A stretch of 59,956 bases of DNA, the filler included, from Fonticula-like sp. SCN 57-25 (taxonomy: Eukaryota): assembly GCA_001724245.1 (NCBI GenBank). It is 10 parts of 10 records of this genome, joined end to end, with 100 filler letters (N's around TTAATTAATTAA, not from the genome) between each part and the next. Parts side by side here need not be neighbours in the genome. Positions count along the whole stretch, not along the records: positions 53,234 to 59,956 come from MEDX01000519.1; 9 more parts are not named here. One strand, written 5' to 3'. The stretch's first letter is position 1; each line of letters opens with the position of its first letter. Positions 59,880 to 59,956 of the stretch are shown here, piece after piece. Below the pieces are notes generated by a model. The model was not told the origin of the DNA. It did not search any database and was given only the letters and a program-made list of their open reading frames with translations. Position numbers and translations under genes: made by a program.

Positions 59880-59956
59880 TGGAAGTTGGTGTGAGATCTT
59901 TCGGTGATGGTGCTGGATGGCGATGGCGGTGGTGCGCTGGTGGCATGGCGCTGTGC

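Noticed and set aside
53234..59956. Last contig is longer than the roughly descending length series
   Set aside because: Most likely an ordering artefact of the file; no internal junction is evident.

Overview
This is not one locus. It is ten ~5.8-6.7 kb contigs joined by artificial linkers (44 N + TTAATTAATTAA + 44 N). The DNA is eukaryotic and gene-dense, with short GT-AG introns (donors mostly GTACG/GTGCG, branch sites (G)CTRAC), very compact divergent promoters and the standard genetic code. The gene set mixes a fungal-type neutral trehalase with Greatwall-like, ELMO, HSL-like lipase, MAK-like and RPEL genes, which suggests an early-branching opisthokont or relative (inference). Contig 5 (23759-29584) is compositionally different and may come from another organism. 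About 30 protein genes or fragments and one tRNA-Pro(CGG) are supported. The strongest leads are: an unannotated H/ACA-type RNA in an oversized intron of the alanine aminotransferase gene; a recurrent promoter motif GCAAACT, often as the palindrome GCAAACT-N6-AGTTTGC; an intronless Crinkler-like REase plus pseudokinase gene; an intron-containing prokaryote-type class II HMG-CoA reductase; an RPEL protein with an unusual Cys-rich region; and a PEX5 with no WxxxF/Y motifs. All calls rest on manual motif recognition; no searches were run.
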